From contig NW_026515634.1 in NCBI RefSeq assembly GCF_000738915.1, forward strand, positions 62,001-126,000: DNA of 64,000 nucleotides. The letters run 5' to 3'. Origin of the DNA: Nematocida ausubeli. Lineage: Eukaryota. Every line of letters begins with the position of its first letter. The first letter of the stretch is position 1. Below, one piece after another: positions 19,989 through 30,638 of the stretch. Below the pieces are notes generated by a model, which worked only from the letters and a program-made list of their open reading frames with translations, was not told where the DNA came from and did no database searches. The position numbers and the translations under genes are program-made.

Positions 19989-20702
19989 TAAAGAGTCATA
20001 CTTAAAATATTTATCTTCTACATTACAATTTATTTCTTAAGTGCACTAGTCTTTATTTCAGCAGTATAGACTTGCACATATTTGCACTATCAACAGAGTT
20101 ACATGCACTGTAGGGCCTTCTCAAAATACCATCTCAGCGATGCTTAATTTACTCTTTACCCGGCATATGCTGTTTATCTATGTATTTATATATAGCATTA
20201 TTGTCTCTGTCTTGAGGACACGAAATCCTGTCCTCTTCTCAACAGTGTAGACTCATGCTATTTACTGCCTTTTGGGGCTTGGCTGTAGGCTAACGCACTA
20301 CGGAGGGGTCTACTTGTTTGCGCATCTTGAGTTTAGTGATCTGAGTTTATTGAATCTATATATCATGCCCCCACATTCTGTCACAGTGTGTTTGTAAAAA
20401 CATAATACTAATTGATATCAAATTAAATGACTATAAATAGGTAGTAAAAATAAATTATATCTAGTCTAGTAGACCGAGTTTAATATTTTAAGGGGAAAGG
20501 CTCAGATGTGCTTTTAGTTGAATCTTTGCATTTTAATTAATAATTATACATAAAAGACAGGAATACACAGATACACTGTTTAATAATAAATTTGACAGTA
20601 TTCTCTAATAAAAAGAGTTTATAATTTGTATTTGAGACTAATTAGAGCTACAGAACAATTTTATCAAAACCCAAATATATTTCTGCCTGCATTGTTTAGT
20701 AT

Positions 20703-21314
20703 ATGGAGAAGAATATTTTAATAAGTTTTCAGATTATGTCCATATTAGTTGTATTTTTTTGTCTCTATCTTCTAAGCATGAGTTCCCAGACAAAGTCAAG
20801 CACAGAAGAAGTAGGTTTTTACAATTTTAAGGAAAAAGCAATTGATGGAAACGAAGTGAACTTTTCCAGATATAAGGGAAAGGTATGTCTTGTTGTGAAC
20901 ACTGCATGCAAGTGTGGGCTGGCTAAGAATGGATTTGCCACAATTAAAAAGCTGCAGGAGAACTTTAAAGACCTGCAGATTCTTCTCTTTCCAAGCGCAA
21001 TAAGCACGTTCATCGACCAGGAGAAGGATAGTTCTGAGGAAATAATTGAGGAAATAGCAAAGTCCGGGATAGTACTGAAGGACGAGAACATAGTTGTATT
21101 CAAAAAAAGTGTTATTAACAGCTCAGTAGGGATATTTAACTGGCTTACGTCTACATATGAAAAAAGCGGATGGTTTAACATAAAGTCAATTAAATGGAAC
21201 TTTACCATGTTTGTGGTTGATAAGACAGGAAGAAGAGTGGACAGGCACGATCCAACCAGTGCAACTTATCCAAATGTTGAGAAGTCAGTTAATAAGTTTT
21301 ATAGCGAATTATAA
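20703..21314 (+). CDS. Cys-type glutathione peroxidase with N-terminal signal/anchor
   Basis: GKVCLVVNTACKCG, ILLFP...DQE, IKWNFTMFVVDKTG motifs; hydrophobic N-terminus. Confidence 0.9.
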   Translation: MEKNILISFQIMSILVVFFCLYLLSMSSQTKSSTEEVGFYNFKEKAIDGNEVNFSRYKGKVCLVVNTACKCGLAKNGFATIKKLQENFKDLQILLFPSAISTFIDQEKDSSEEIIEEIAKSGIVLKDENIVVFKKSVINSSVGIFNWLTSTYEKSGWFNIKSIKWNFTMFVVDKTGRRVDRHDPTSATYPNVEKSVNKFYSEL

Positions 21315-21413
21315 GGGGGTTACAAGACAGCAGAAAATTATACAGATGTAAAGTAAAAGCAGCCAATAGGATCTTTTAATAAAAAGTATAAAGCTCCGCC
21401 CAATTCCCCCTAT

Positions 21414-21818
21414 ATGAAGCAAAATACAGAGAACAGTGAAGAGAGAAGAACTAACAATCAGGAACCAGAGAAGAAGACCACTGAAGGAGAGAAGGATTTG
21501 ACAGAGCATGAAAAGGAGATGCATGACAAAGCAGAGAAGCAAACAGAGGAAGCAACAACAAAGGTCACTGGGTTCTTCCAAGTATTAACCGCAAAAATAA
21601 AGGGAGGCGCAGAGGGGGTTCGCTCTGGCATCCATAAATCAATGAATAAGAATAAGTCCAAATCAAACTGCACTGAGAAGAAAGATGGACCAAACTGCAA
21701 GGACAAGTGCGATCCAGAGGCATCAAAGTGCTCTGAGAAGAAGCATGAGCCAGACTGCAAGGACAAGTGCGAGGCAGACGCATCAAAGTGCAAGGATAAG
21801 AAAAAAGAGATGCAATAA
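21414..21818 (+). CDS. Hypothetical hydrophilic protein with Cys/Lys repeats
   Basis: 134-aa ORF; duplicated P.CKDKC...ASKC unit (60-bp period). Confidence 0.65.
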   Translation: MKQNTENSEERRTNNQEPEKKTTEGEKDLTEHEKEMHDKAEKQTEEATTKVTGFFQVLTAKIKGGAEGVRSGIHKSMNKNKSKSNCTEKKDGPNCKDKCDPEASKCSEKKHEPDCKDKCEADASKCKDKKKEMQ

Positions 21819-22051
21819 AATGCATATCCATAACCTATAGTGCCAGTTTGCGCTGATTTTAAGACTATTGTCTAAGTGACCATAAATAAAAGTTAATAGT
21901 CTGAATGGAATGTTATTATATGTATTATATTTAAGCTAATTTATTAGAGTGTTCTATAGATATATTATTGGCCTTTAATGCAAGGAAAATGGCGTGGAGA
22001 GTGCATACTCTGTCTCGAAACACAGGAAGTGACTGGGCGCATATTAACGCA

Positions 22052-22363
22052 ATGTCGTGCTTGCAGATCACACTTTTTCTAGTAAGCACCACAATATGTG
22101 TGCAGGCAGAATTTCGGAACTGCAAAGAAACCCTCGAAACCATTCCTATTCTAGACGAAGACACATTTTTTCAGCAGGAGTACGCCTCAATAGGTGTGCA
22201 TCTAAAAGACAGAAAGATCCAACTAAAGCTTGCTTCAGAGCGCGAGGCTGCAAGTCTTCTGGACACCATACTTTACATGCAAATGATGTACAGACTCCGT
22301 TTGGGTCTTTCATCAATCACACAAAATCACACATCCACCATGAAAACACCAACAGGGCCATAA
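22052..22363 (+). CDS. Small hypothetical secreted protein
   Basis: ATG at 22052; signal-like MSCLQITLFLVSTTICVQA. Confidence 0.45.
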   Translation: MSCLQITLFLVSTTICVQAEFRNCKETLETIPILDEDTFFQQEYASIGVHLKDRKIQLKLASEREAASLLDTILYMQMMYRLRLGLSSITQNHTSTMKTPTGP

Positions 22364-22720
22364 ATGCGCACAACTTATTACTGCTCTGCTATTTCCTACA
22401 GTGCGCATGAATTATTACATGGTTTAATTACAGCTGCATCAAAACAACTTTGTAAAATGCCCTGAGATTGGATGTATAGCCTGAACCTAATATATACAAT
22501 GTTAGCTGGGTATTCATATTTCATACAGCAGGCCAGTGCAATGAGTGCTCTTGTGCAGTACTAGGCTCTTGTCTAACTAAACAGAAAAAAGTAAACTCCA
22601 AAAAGAAAAGCTCTCTCGCAATAAAAATGAAAATCTTCACATACTTACACTATTTTTTCATGCATAGTAACACGGCTGTTTTCAAGTGGGAGTGTAGAGA
22701 TATTTACTTTATTCATTTTT

Positions 22721-24445
22721 CTATTGCTCCTCGCTGTTTATTCTCTGCGATAGAATAAGGGCAGTGTCTGTGTGCCTGTGCGAGTAGCCATCCGCACATA
22801 CCAGAGGATACGCCTCAGTGCAAGGACACTTAAGCCACCTATGGACAAGAGATGTAGTCTGCGGCTCAAACACGCTTTGCTCCTCACACTGCGAAAGATG
22901 CTCCTCAATCTCCTCGGGCGGAAGCACTCCCTCCAGCTTCTTCTGCAGATCTATCTTTTTCATTTGGACAAGCAGGATGTACTCCTCAACTGTTCCCATA
23001 AGAAAGAGCCTGTGGATAATAACTGGCTTGGTCTGCCCAAGTCTCCAAATACGGGCCATTGCCTGCAGATCGTTTGCAGGGTTCCAGTCTGAATCAACTA
23101 TGATCATGCGGGTGGACTTTACAAGCGTAAGACCTTCTGCTCCACACTTTGCAGAGAGAATAATCACTTTCTGTCCCTTTGCCTGGAAAGAGGACAGCGC
23201 GTCCTCTCTCAGAGCAATATTCATCTCGCCATGGAATGCAGACACGTCTTTTGGCGAGATTGGGACTTCCCTGCGCGTTGCCATTCCTTGGATAGACTCC
23301 TTTACCTTCTTTATCACTTCAATGTATCTTGAAATGATCACAAGAGACTGCTTCTCTAGAAGTATATCTTTGGCAAGCGCAAGAAAAACACCCCACTTGC
23401 TGGGAGAGGTGCATGTGTGGATCCTCAGCCTCTGGATGTCCTGAATGCCGCCCCTTGAGGCAATGTTTCTATAGAATGACTTGTACGCCTCGTACTCTTT
23501 GTTTTGGATGATCCATATAATCTCGTCCTTCTGTGGCAGTCTAAGGCTGGTTCGCTCTATTTTTCTTCGGAGAACCGCATCGCTTGCAATGCTTGACAGC
23601 TCTTTGATCCCCTTTGCAGTCTCTGCGCGCCCGTCCACAAGCGCCAAAAGTGTTTTGTATTCCTGCACTGTGTTCTGAAAGGGCGTTCCGGTTAGCAGAA
23701 GCTTTTTGCTGCCCATTTTCTTAAGCGCCTGCAGTGCTTGTGAGGTGCTTGTTCTTAGCCTGTGCGCCTCATCGCAAATAACCAGCTGGAACTTGTGCCG
23801 CTCTGTATCAAGCGTAGCAAGCTTTTCGTAGCTGACCAGAAGAACGTGCTCTATCCCCCGATACTTGTTTGGGTGCTTCAGAGCGCCATTAAACACCCGC
23901 AGAGACGCAGCCCACTTGTTTATTTCCTTCTCCCACACGCCAACAAGCGAGCACGGGGAAACAACTAAAACAAGCCCTCCAGCTCTGCAAAATATTCGGG
24001 CAATTGCCACCGCCTGGAACGTTTTCCCAAGCCCCATTTCATCAGCCAGCAGAGCTCCGTTTGCAGAGCGCAGCCTTTCAAACATGAACTGCACTCCTTC
24101 AATCTGGTAGTCTTTGAAGAATCGCAGGTGCGACGGCTCTATATATGCTCTCTGCGTAAATATGAGAGACCCCTCAGGAGGCGGAGGAACTTGCACCTTC
24201 CTGATTATAGGGCGCTGCGCAGCCACAGCCTGAGGAGCCTCTCGCGTTATAGTGTCTTTGATTCCCCTTCTGATGTCAGTGGACACAATATACATGGATC
24301 CCTCAAATGCAGTGTTTGTGGTTGGCATGACCCGGTCCATAGGAATGCCTGCTGTGGTGAACAGTGTATATGCTCCGCCTGTTCTCTTAAGGATGCCCTC
24401 TGAATGGTCCTCGTTCATGCGCTTTCGCTTATAAATACATTGCAT
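22721..24445 (-). CDS. Rad54/Rdh54-like SNF2 ATPase
   Basis: LLADEMGLGKT, CDEAHRL, LTGTPFQN, GAEGLTL, DSDWNPANDLQAMARIWRLGQ; start uncertain (ATG 24445 or 24418). Confidence 0.9.
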   Translation of the reverse strand: MQCIYKRKRMNEDHSEGILKRTGGAYTLFTTAGIPMDRVMPTTNTAFEGSMYIVSTDIRRGIKDTITREAPQAVAAQRPIIRKVQVPPPPEGSLIFTQRAYIEPSHLRFFKDYQIEGVQFMFERLRSANGALLADEMGLGKTFQAVAIARIFCRAGGLVLVVSPCSLVGVWEKEINKWAASLRVFNGALKHPNKYRGIEHVLLVSYEKLATLDTERHKFQLVICDEAHRLRTSTSQALQALKKMGSKKLLLTGTPFQNTVQEYKTLLALVDGRAETAKGIKELSSIASDAVLRRKIERTSLRLPQKDEIIWIIQNKEYEAYKSFYRNIASRGGIQDIQRLRIHTCTSPSKWGVFLALAKDILLEKQSLVIISRYIEVIKKVKESIQGMATRREVPISPKDVSAFHGEMNIALREDALSSFQAKGQKVIILSAKCGAEGLTLVKSTRMIIVDSDWNPANDLQAMARIWRLGQTKPVIIHRLFLMGTVEEYILLVQMKKIDLQKKLEGVLPPEEIEEHLSQCEEQSVFEPQTTSLVHRWLKCPCTEAYPLVCADGYSHRHTDTALILSQRINSEEQ

Positions 24446-24725
24446 TGCTCGTTTTTTAAGATTTGCAAGTTTTATAACTAATTGTTCTAGAATATCTTTA
24501 CCACCAGGAGAAGAGCTGCAGCAGATAACATGGTCTAAACTATTTGAGAGAATTGCCCTAGCCAAAGAGTAGCTTGTCTTGTTAAATATGAAAACATGCT
24601 TTCAACTGCAGAAACTCCCAGCTTGAGGATAGCAGACTGCTGCATTAGAAGAAAATAGGATGTATAAATAGAGAATTGAAGCGTGCGCTGCCTAGATAAT
24701 GCAAGAAGTTATATGTGCTGTTTTA

Positions 24726-25508
24726 TTATATAGTCTTAGCAAATATCAGCACCTGCAGAAGTGCGCCTGCTATTCCTCCTACAAATTGGCCTACCCAGTA
24801 GACCCATACATCAGTCCACACGCCTGAAAACAGTGTTCCAGGCAAAGTTATTGCCGGATTGAATACACCACCACTTGACCCAAGACCAAGAAGAGATAAG
24901 AATCCCAAGGTAAATCCAATTGCAATGGGCGCAAACGCAGATCTGTTTGGGGCCTGTGATGTAATTACACGCAGTTTGTCATTGTCCTCAACCTCATCAG
25001 GCACTTCAATCTTTACCTGTGTAGGAGGATTGAAAACATTGATGGCGACAGAGAATGCAACGTATGTAAGAATACCAGTAAGAATTATCTCTGTGAGAAT
25101 TGCATTTCCTATACTGGCAGACCCGCCAATCGTTGACCGCGTATACCCAAGCAGTATAGATGATGCACCAGGCTTGGTGAGCAGCATGGCAGCTGATGCG
25201 AGCATGGCACCGCATGCCTGCATGACTATGTAAGCAAGCCCCATCCAGATGGGAAGCTTTCCCGTAACTATGGCTGCAAGGGTAATTGCAGGATTAAAAT
25301 GTGCTATAGTAACATCCATAAATGAATATATAATGGCAACACTTGACAAAGCAATTGTTAAGGTTACAGCAATGTTGGCCACTCCATCAGCACAGGGAGT
25401 TATATTTACACCTGTTACTACAGAGTACACAGCAAATGCAAAGAGCGCTGTGCATAGTCCCTCTGCGAGAAGTGAGCGCACTATGATCCAGTTGAATGTA
25501 AGGCCCAT
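24726..25508 (-). CDS. Aquaporin (MIP family)
   Basis: Two NPA motifs (HFNPAIT, FNPAIT), six TM helices, WVYWVGQFVGG. Confidence 0.95.
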   Translation of the reverse strand: MGLTFNWIIVRSLLAEGLCTALFAFAVYSVVTGVNITPCADGVANIAVTLTIALSSVAIIYSFMDVTIAHFNPAITLAAIVTGKLPIWMGLAYIVMQACGAMLASAAMLLTKPGASSILLGYTRSTIGGSASIGNAILTEIILTGILTYVAFSVAINVFNPPTQVKIEVPDEVEDNDKLRVITSQAPNRSAFAPIAIGFTLGFLSLLGLGSSGGVFNPAITLPGTLFSGVWTDVWVYWVGQFVGGIAGALLQVLIFAKTI

Positions 25509-25949
25509 ATTTTTTATTATTAAAAATACACAATATATATATAATTTTGTCTGTAGTAAAATAACAAATAAATAGAAGACTCTTTTAAATCATAAAAACT
25601 TGCATGGTAAATAAAGCCTTTGTATTTGAAATGCAGTGATTAAATTCTATTGTATTCGAGTAGGGCTTCTTGCTATGAAAAATCCAAATAGATGCATCTA
25701 TTTTTCAATTGAAAATTACCTTATTCTACAATATATACTTGAAATTCTGCTGGATATTTTTCTAAGGCTCTGCATCTGTTTAAAGCGGAATTGTTTAGGC
25801 CTTGCAGCAGACTGAGCTGCAAGTCTGCTCTGCTTGCTAAAGAAAAGCTGTAAACACTTGGCTGCTGTAGCACGCCATCTTCTAAAACACTGCTCTCTAA
25901 AGCTCTCAATATAGTCTGATTCAGGCATAGTTGCATTTATTTAATAGAT

Positions 25950-27122
25950 CTACTCTTGCGCATCATTTGAGTCCTCAGCATCACCTGCTATCAGGGAAGA
26001 TACCTGCCAAACTTGAAGTATGTTATCATTTGCTACGCTGGCAATCTCCCAAGGCTCGTGCGGATTCCATGAGATATCGCACACTGCATCGGTGTGTCCG
26101 CCGTGTATGAAAAGAAGCTCTGGCGGGCCGTCCTCCTTGTCTTCCTCATCCTGCTCCTTTCCTATGTTTGCTAGGTCCCAGAGCCGCACTCTTCTATCTG
26201 CACCGCAGGAGGCAAGCACTGTCTCGTAGTGCGGTGACCACTCAATTTGCGTTACATCTCCATCATGCCCAAGAAGCCTGTGAAGCGGTGCAGAGTCGTT
26301 TCGGATGTCCCAGATGGAAAGTGGGCCCTCTTTGGACCCAGTTGCCAGCCATAGGGGATTCTCTAGCGAGAACTTGACACTCAGAGTTTCTCCTGTTGCA
26401 AACGCCTTCTTCTCCTTTGTTCGTTTGTCCACAATGTGAGTTCCTGACTTGTCGAGTGCCAGTGCAATCATGGCTCCATCGCAGGAAATTGCAATATCAT
26501 TGATCTCCTCGCTCTCCTCAATTGTCATTATTGGCTTTTCTCCTGCACTGAGGTTATACACACACACCAGGCCATCATACCCTGCACTGCACAGCTCGCC
26601 CTCAACCACTGGGTTCCATGCCAGCCCAAAGCCGCCCTTTGTGTGCCCGCTGAACACAATAGAAGGAGACGCCTCCTTCCCAAACGACGGATGCTTTGTG
26701 TAGTCATATACGTGCACCTCTGGGCAGTCATACTTCACTGCAATCAGGTTGTTGTTTGATGGCATGTACCTTGCTCTGTTTATCTCAAATGCCATTGGTA
26801 TTTTCTGCGCGATCTTGACCTTGGACTCTCCAAGGCCGTATCCTCCATCCTCCAGCGTGCGCACAGCAGCATCTCCAACAGTATCTGGAAGGGTCACAGA
26901 AAGTATCTGCAAATAGTCCTCCTCCTGCCCTGATGTCTGGGTGGAAAGAAGCAGGCGCTGCGTGGTGCTCTCTGTCTCCTCGCTTCTCACTGCATCAGGG
27001 AACCACTGAACTGTAAGGGACGGCCAGGTGAGCGCATGCGATAAAAGCATGTCGTACAGATAGGGAACATTTTTTCTCCATGTTTTGAACTCTTCGCATA
27101 TAATTGTCTCTTCCGGATCCAT
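25950..27122 (-). CDS. HAT2: Histone-binding WD40 protein Hat2/RBBP4-7/Msi1
   Basis: EEFKTWRKNVPYLYD, LTWPSLTVQW, EINRARYMP, DGPPELLFIHGGHT. Confidence 0.92.
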   Translation of the reverse strand: MDPEETIICEEFKTWRKNVPYLYDMLLSHALTWPSLTVQWFPDAVRSEETESTTQRLLLSTQTSGQEEDYLQILSVTLPDTVGDAAVRTLEDGGYGLGESKVKIAQKIPMAFEINRARYMPSNNNLIAVKYDCPEVHVYDYTKHPSFGKEASPSIVFSGHTKGGFGLAWNPVVEGELCSAGYDGLVCVYNLSAGEKPIMTIEESEEINDIAISCDGAMIALALDKSGTHIVDKRTKEKKAFATGETLSVKFSLENPLWLATGSKEGPLSIWDIRNDSAPLHRLLGHDGDVTQIEWSPHYETVLASCGADRRVRLWDLANIGKEQDEEDKEDGPPELLFIHGGHTDAVCDISWNPHEPWEIASVANDNILQVWQVSSLIAGDAEDSNDAQE

Positions 27123-27213
27123 TTCTTTTTCAATTCAGATTTTAATTCTAGAATATAATTATAATTCTGGAAATTTCCATATAATATAACAGCAAAAAAT
27201 TTACTGTTCGAGA

Positions 27214-28461
27214 ATGGATGTTAAAGGATACTACAGAATGCTAGGCATAGACCCAAATGCATCTGAAGGAGAAATAAAGGCTGCGTACAGAAAACTTGCC
27301 AAAAAGTACCACTCAGATGGGCAGACCGTGGCAAGTGCCATGAAGGCGTGCAAAACCGACAAAGAGCGAGAGGAGCTAAAGAAGAGCATGGACGCCAAGT
27401 TTTCCGAGATAACGGGGGCATACGAAGTACTGTCTGTGAAGGAGAAGAAAGACCTGTACGACAGAGGAGTCGATCCAAACGAGCAGGGAGGCGGCTTTGG
27501 AGGCTTCAGCGGCTTTGGAGATGGTGACTCCTTCTTCTCTTCATTCTTCGGCGGATCAATGGGATCTATGTTCGGCGGAGAAAGAAGAAGCCAGAAAAAC
27601 ACCCCAAAGATAGAGAAGGTGACCATTACACTTGCAGACGTTCTGACAGGCCTAAAGATAAGCAGGAAAATCACCCGAAAGATCGTGTGTGCTCCATGCA
27701 AGTCCACAGGATCAATGAACACAAAAACATGCAGTCGGTGCCGCGGAGCAGGTGCATACGCAGAAATCACCAACATGGGAGGAATGCGTCTGCAGAGAGA
27801 GGTTATGTGCAGCTCCTGCAATGGGCATGGAATAACTAAATCAGGCCCTAGCTGTTCATCGTGCGCAGGAAATGGATACCTTAAGAAGTCAGAGAACATT
27901 GAAATATCAATACCAGCAGGTGTGGTAGATGGGTACAAGATGGCATACAAGGGAATGGGAGACGAGGCAAGCGGCTTGGCCACAGGCGACTTAGTTGTTG
28001 AGGTTAGCGTTAAGGAGGATGAAACCTTCGCCAGACTTGCGCCAGAGCACTTATTCGCTGAGATTGATGTTCCGCTTGCAGATCTTCTTACAATGAAGCC
28101 AATTAGGCTTGTCACAATAGATAAAAGAGAGATTACAATTGGATATCCATCTTTGCAGAGCGTGGACATAGGAGAGGACTACCTGCGTGTAGATAGAGAA
28201 GGACTACCCATGAAGAATGGCGGAAAGGGTTCGCTTTTTGTGCGAATCATTCCAACATTCACATCATTGAGCAAGACAAAGGAGCTAGGAATGGAGCTAA
28301 TCAACCACGCAGCAACAGCGCAGCTCGCTACGTACAAGGGAATCTTCATTTCTAAGCACAAGATAAACGAGTGGTACAATGAGCAGCAGCACAGCTCCAG
28401 CCGCCATTCTCACTCTCACTCGCACCGCGAAGACACAGGGCAGACATGCCAAACCATATAG
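27214..28461 (+). CDS. YDJ1: Type I DnaJ/Hsp40 (Ydj1-like)
   Basis: J-domain (HSD variant), G/F region, four CxxCxGxG-like repeats, C-terminal CQTI CaaX. Confidence 0.85.
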   Translation: MDVKGYYRMLGIDPNASEGEIKAAYRKLAKKYHSDGQTVASAMKACKTDKEREELKKSMDAKFSEITGAYEVLSVKEKKDLYDRGVDPNEQGGGFGGFSGFGDGDSFFSSFFGGSMGSMFGGERRSQKNTPKIEKVTITLADVLTGLKISRKITRKIVCAPCKSTGSMNTKTCSRCRGAGAYAEITNMGGMRLQREVMCSSCNGHGITKSGPSCSSCAGNGYLKKSENIEISIPAGVVDGYKMAYKGMGDEASGLATGDLVVEVSVKEDETFARLAPEHLFAEIDVPLADLLTMKPIRLVTIDKREITIGYPSLQSVDIGEDYLRVDREGLPMKNGGKGSLFVRIIPTFTSLSKTKELGMELINHAATAQLATYKGIFISKHKINEWYNEQQHSSSRHSHSHSHREDTGQTCQTI

Positions 28462-28767
28462 TGATGAAAGAAAAAATAAACTAACTATTTAAGAGCATAC
28501 TTTGCTTCTCCTGTGTTTATGGTTCTACATAGATGTTTTTGCTGCACTTTCTCTGCCCAAGACCTGTTATTTAGGCAGAGGCTGGTATAGGTTGCATCGC
28601 ATGTATATAAATGTATATAAGCACTCTGTAGTGTCTCTTTTCTTCTTTTAAGTGCATTCTGCAGTAGCCCATTAACTTGAGAATATCCAGTAACCCGAAA
28701 TATTTCGTGCCTGTGGAATACGCAGCACTGCAAATATTTAGATGTTTTGCAATTTTACTTTTCATTT

Positions 28768-29319
28768 ATGTTGTATGAAGCATTCTTCACTGCACTCATT
28801 GGAATATCGTGGGGTGCCTTTTTCCTTATCAACCCGCTCACAAGGCACGGAAGCGCAGGAAAGGCATCAACATCTATTGGATCAATTGACAAAGACTGCT
28901 TTATTATTTTCTATTTAAATGGAATGGCTTTCTTTATTCTTATTTACTTTCTTAAATGCACCAGCAAAAGCACCTATCTGCTTGGCTTCCACATCCTTAG
29001 AAGGCTCATTGAGTCTTCCGTATATTCGTACAGCCCCACAAGCACCATGAATTTTATGCAGTTTGCCACCGGCATTGTATACTACCCCATGCTGCTGATG
29101 CGGTCAACAGAGAGCCAGACCGTGCGTGTCCCTCTATTTGTGGCTGGCACTCTTCTGCAGACTGTGCTGCACTACCTTCTTTTCAGAAAAAAACAGCATG
29201 TAAAATATCTGCACTATGTGTCGGAAATGATCATCCACAGTGCAATAACCCTAGACTATCTCAACCTTGCATGGATTCTATCATTTACTGCAATTAATAT
29301 TCTTAACAGAAATAAATAA
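28768..29319 (+). CDS. Polyprenol reductase (Dfg10/SRD5A3-like), reduced
   Basis: HGS..K, HILRRLIES...S.M...F..GIVYY, LHYVSEMII motifs; hydrophobic; ATG at 28768. Confidence 0.65.
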   Translation: MLYEAFFTALIGISWGAFFLINPLTRHGSAGKASTSIGSIDKDCFIIFYLNGMAFFILIYFLKCTSKSTYLLGFHILRRLIESSVYSYSPTSTMNFMQFATGIVYYPMLLMRSTESQTVRVPLFVAGTLLQTVLHYLLFRKKQHVKYLHYVSEMIIHSAITLDYLNLAWILSFTAINILNRNK

Positions 29320-29362
29320 TAGAGCATTCTTCATCTTTTTAGTTTTAAAATGTTTTGCCCCT

Positions 29363-29590
29363 GCAGGTAGGTGGAAGCTTTCGATAGAGGTAGAAATATC
29401 TTTAGGAAGGTCTGAGAGTAGCCAAGCACAGATTGAAATGATCAAAGGGAAACCTTACGTGGCAGCTGACCAGAAATAGTTCCTGTTCTAGTAACAGTTG
29501 AGATGGCTGCTGCTAGCCGGATAGTCAAATCGAAAGGTGGGCCAATGTGTACGTCCATAACTTAATTCAGACTACTCTCCACATACCTGT
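29363..29590 (+). ncRNA. RPR1: Nuclear RNase P RNA
   Basis: CR-I GGAAGGTCTGAG at 29405-29416 and CR-V ATAACTTAATTCAGACTACTCTCC at 29557-29580 (P4 GTCTGA/TCAGAC); P1 CAGGTAGGTGGA / TCCACATACCTG; T-rich 3' flank. Confidence 0.9.
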
Positions 29591-30065
29591 TTACTTTTAA
29601 TTTCATTCTTCTTGCTCTTTTTATCTTTTGGTGCAACCAAGTGCCTAGTGTTTAAATATTTATTCTTACTAAACTTATCTTCTTTCTGTACTATTTCTCT
29701 TCTATAGCACCAGATCTACTGCACTGTATACTTCTAGCCAGAGCCAGAATATATAAAAGCTATCTTGCCATATAGTACAAAAGTGCTACTAGCAAAGAAT
29801 ATGTTTTCTCCAGTATTAAAACACAGCTGCAGAATAGGTGCAATAGCACTGCAGATTTAATACAAATACTTGCAGCTCCAACTGTTCTAATACAACCTAA
29901 ATACCTTGGTAGCTTTTTCTGTTATGGCAATGCATTTAAATTGAGTATTCAACAGCAAGCAATATCCATGTGTATCGAGATCTTTTATGCTTGTGCCTTT
30001 CTGGTGGCAGTTTTTTTAATGCCATTCACTTGTTATTCCTCTGTTTTCCTTATTACTTTGTAATT

Positions 30066-30638
30066 ATGCGTGGATGGCTAAATATACTTATTTATTTTAT
30101 TTTCTTTGGTTTTCATATGCACATGGGATATTTGCTGCTGCCAGAGGAACAGGCCGAATTGCTGAACGATACTGCACTTAGCTACTCACTTGCCACAAAT
30201 GCAATAGAGAGTATTGATAAACCTGCCATTTCGAACCCACTTTTTATTTTTGATAATTCTATGATAGAAATACTTACAAGCAACGTAAATATAGAAAGTG
30301 CTCTGTACCCAACTGAAGAAGATCTGGTGGGTGTGGATATCCCAAAAGACACAAAGGAATGCGATGAAATCGAGTACAAAGTGGAGATTGACTTTACAAA
30401 AATAGGAGAGGAGTATGAGCTGATAGGAATTGAAAAGGAGCAGAGCGATGTCATGCAGATAAACAGCATAGGGCAGTATCTGTACGAGGTGTCAGCTGAC
30501 AACGCCAAATATGTTACGAAATGTGCTACAGTTGATGATAATGTGTATATAGTGCTCACAGACACAGGAACTGCATACAGTATTGATAAGTCGTGCGTTG
30601 TGAGGAAGCAGAACGACAGAAGGCTTGAAGATGTGTAG
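30066..30638 (+). CDS. Hypothetical secreted protein
   Basis: ATG at 30066; signal-like N-terminus, acidic body. Confidence 0.65.
   Translation: MRGWLNILIYFIFFGFHMHMGYLLLPEEQAELLNDTALSYSLATNAIESIDKPAISNPLFIFDNSMIEILTSNVNIESALYPTEEDLVGVDIPKDTKECDEIEYKVEIDFTKIGEEYELIGIEKEQSDVMQINSIGQYLYEVSADNAKYVTKCATVDDNVYIVLTDTGTAYSIDKSCVVRKQNDRRLEDV

Noticed and set aside
25716..25936. Two ~70-aa minus-strand ORFs downstream of HAT2
   Set aside because: No motifs; cannot tell which, if either, is real
29267..29479. 70-aa ORF
   Set aside because: Overlaps the RNase P RNA gene; spurious
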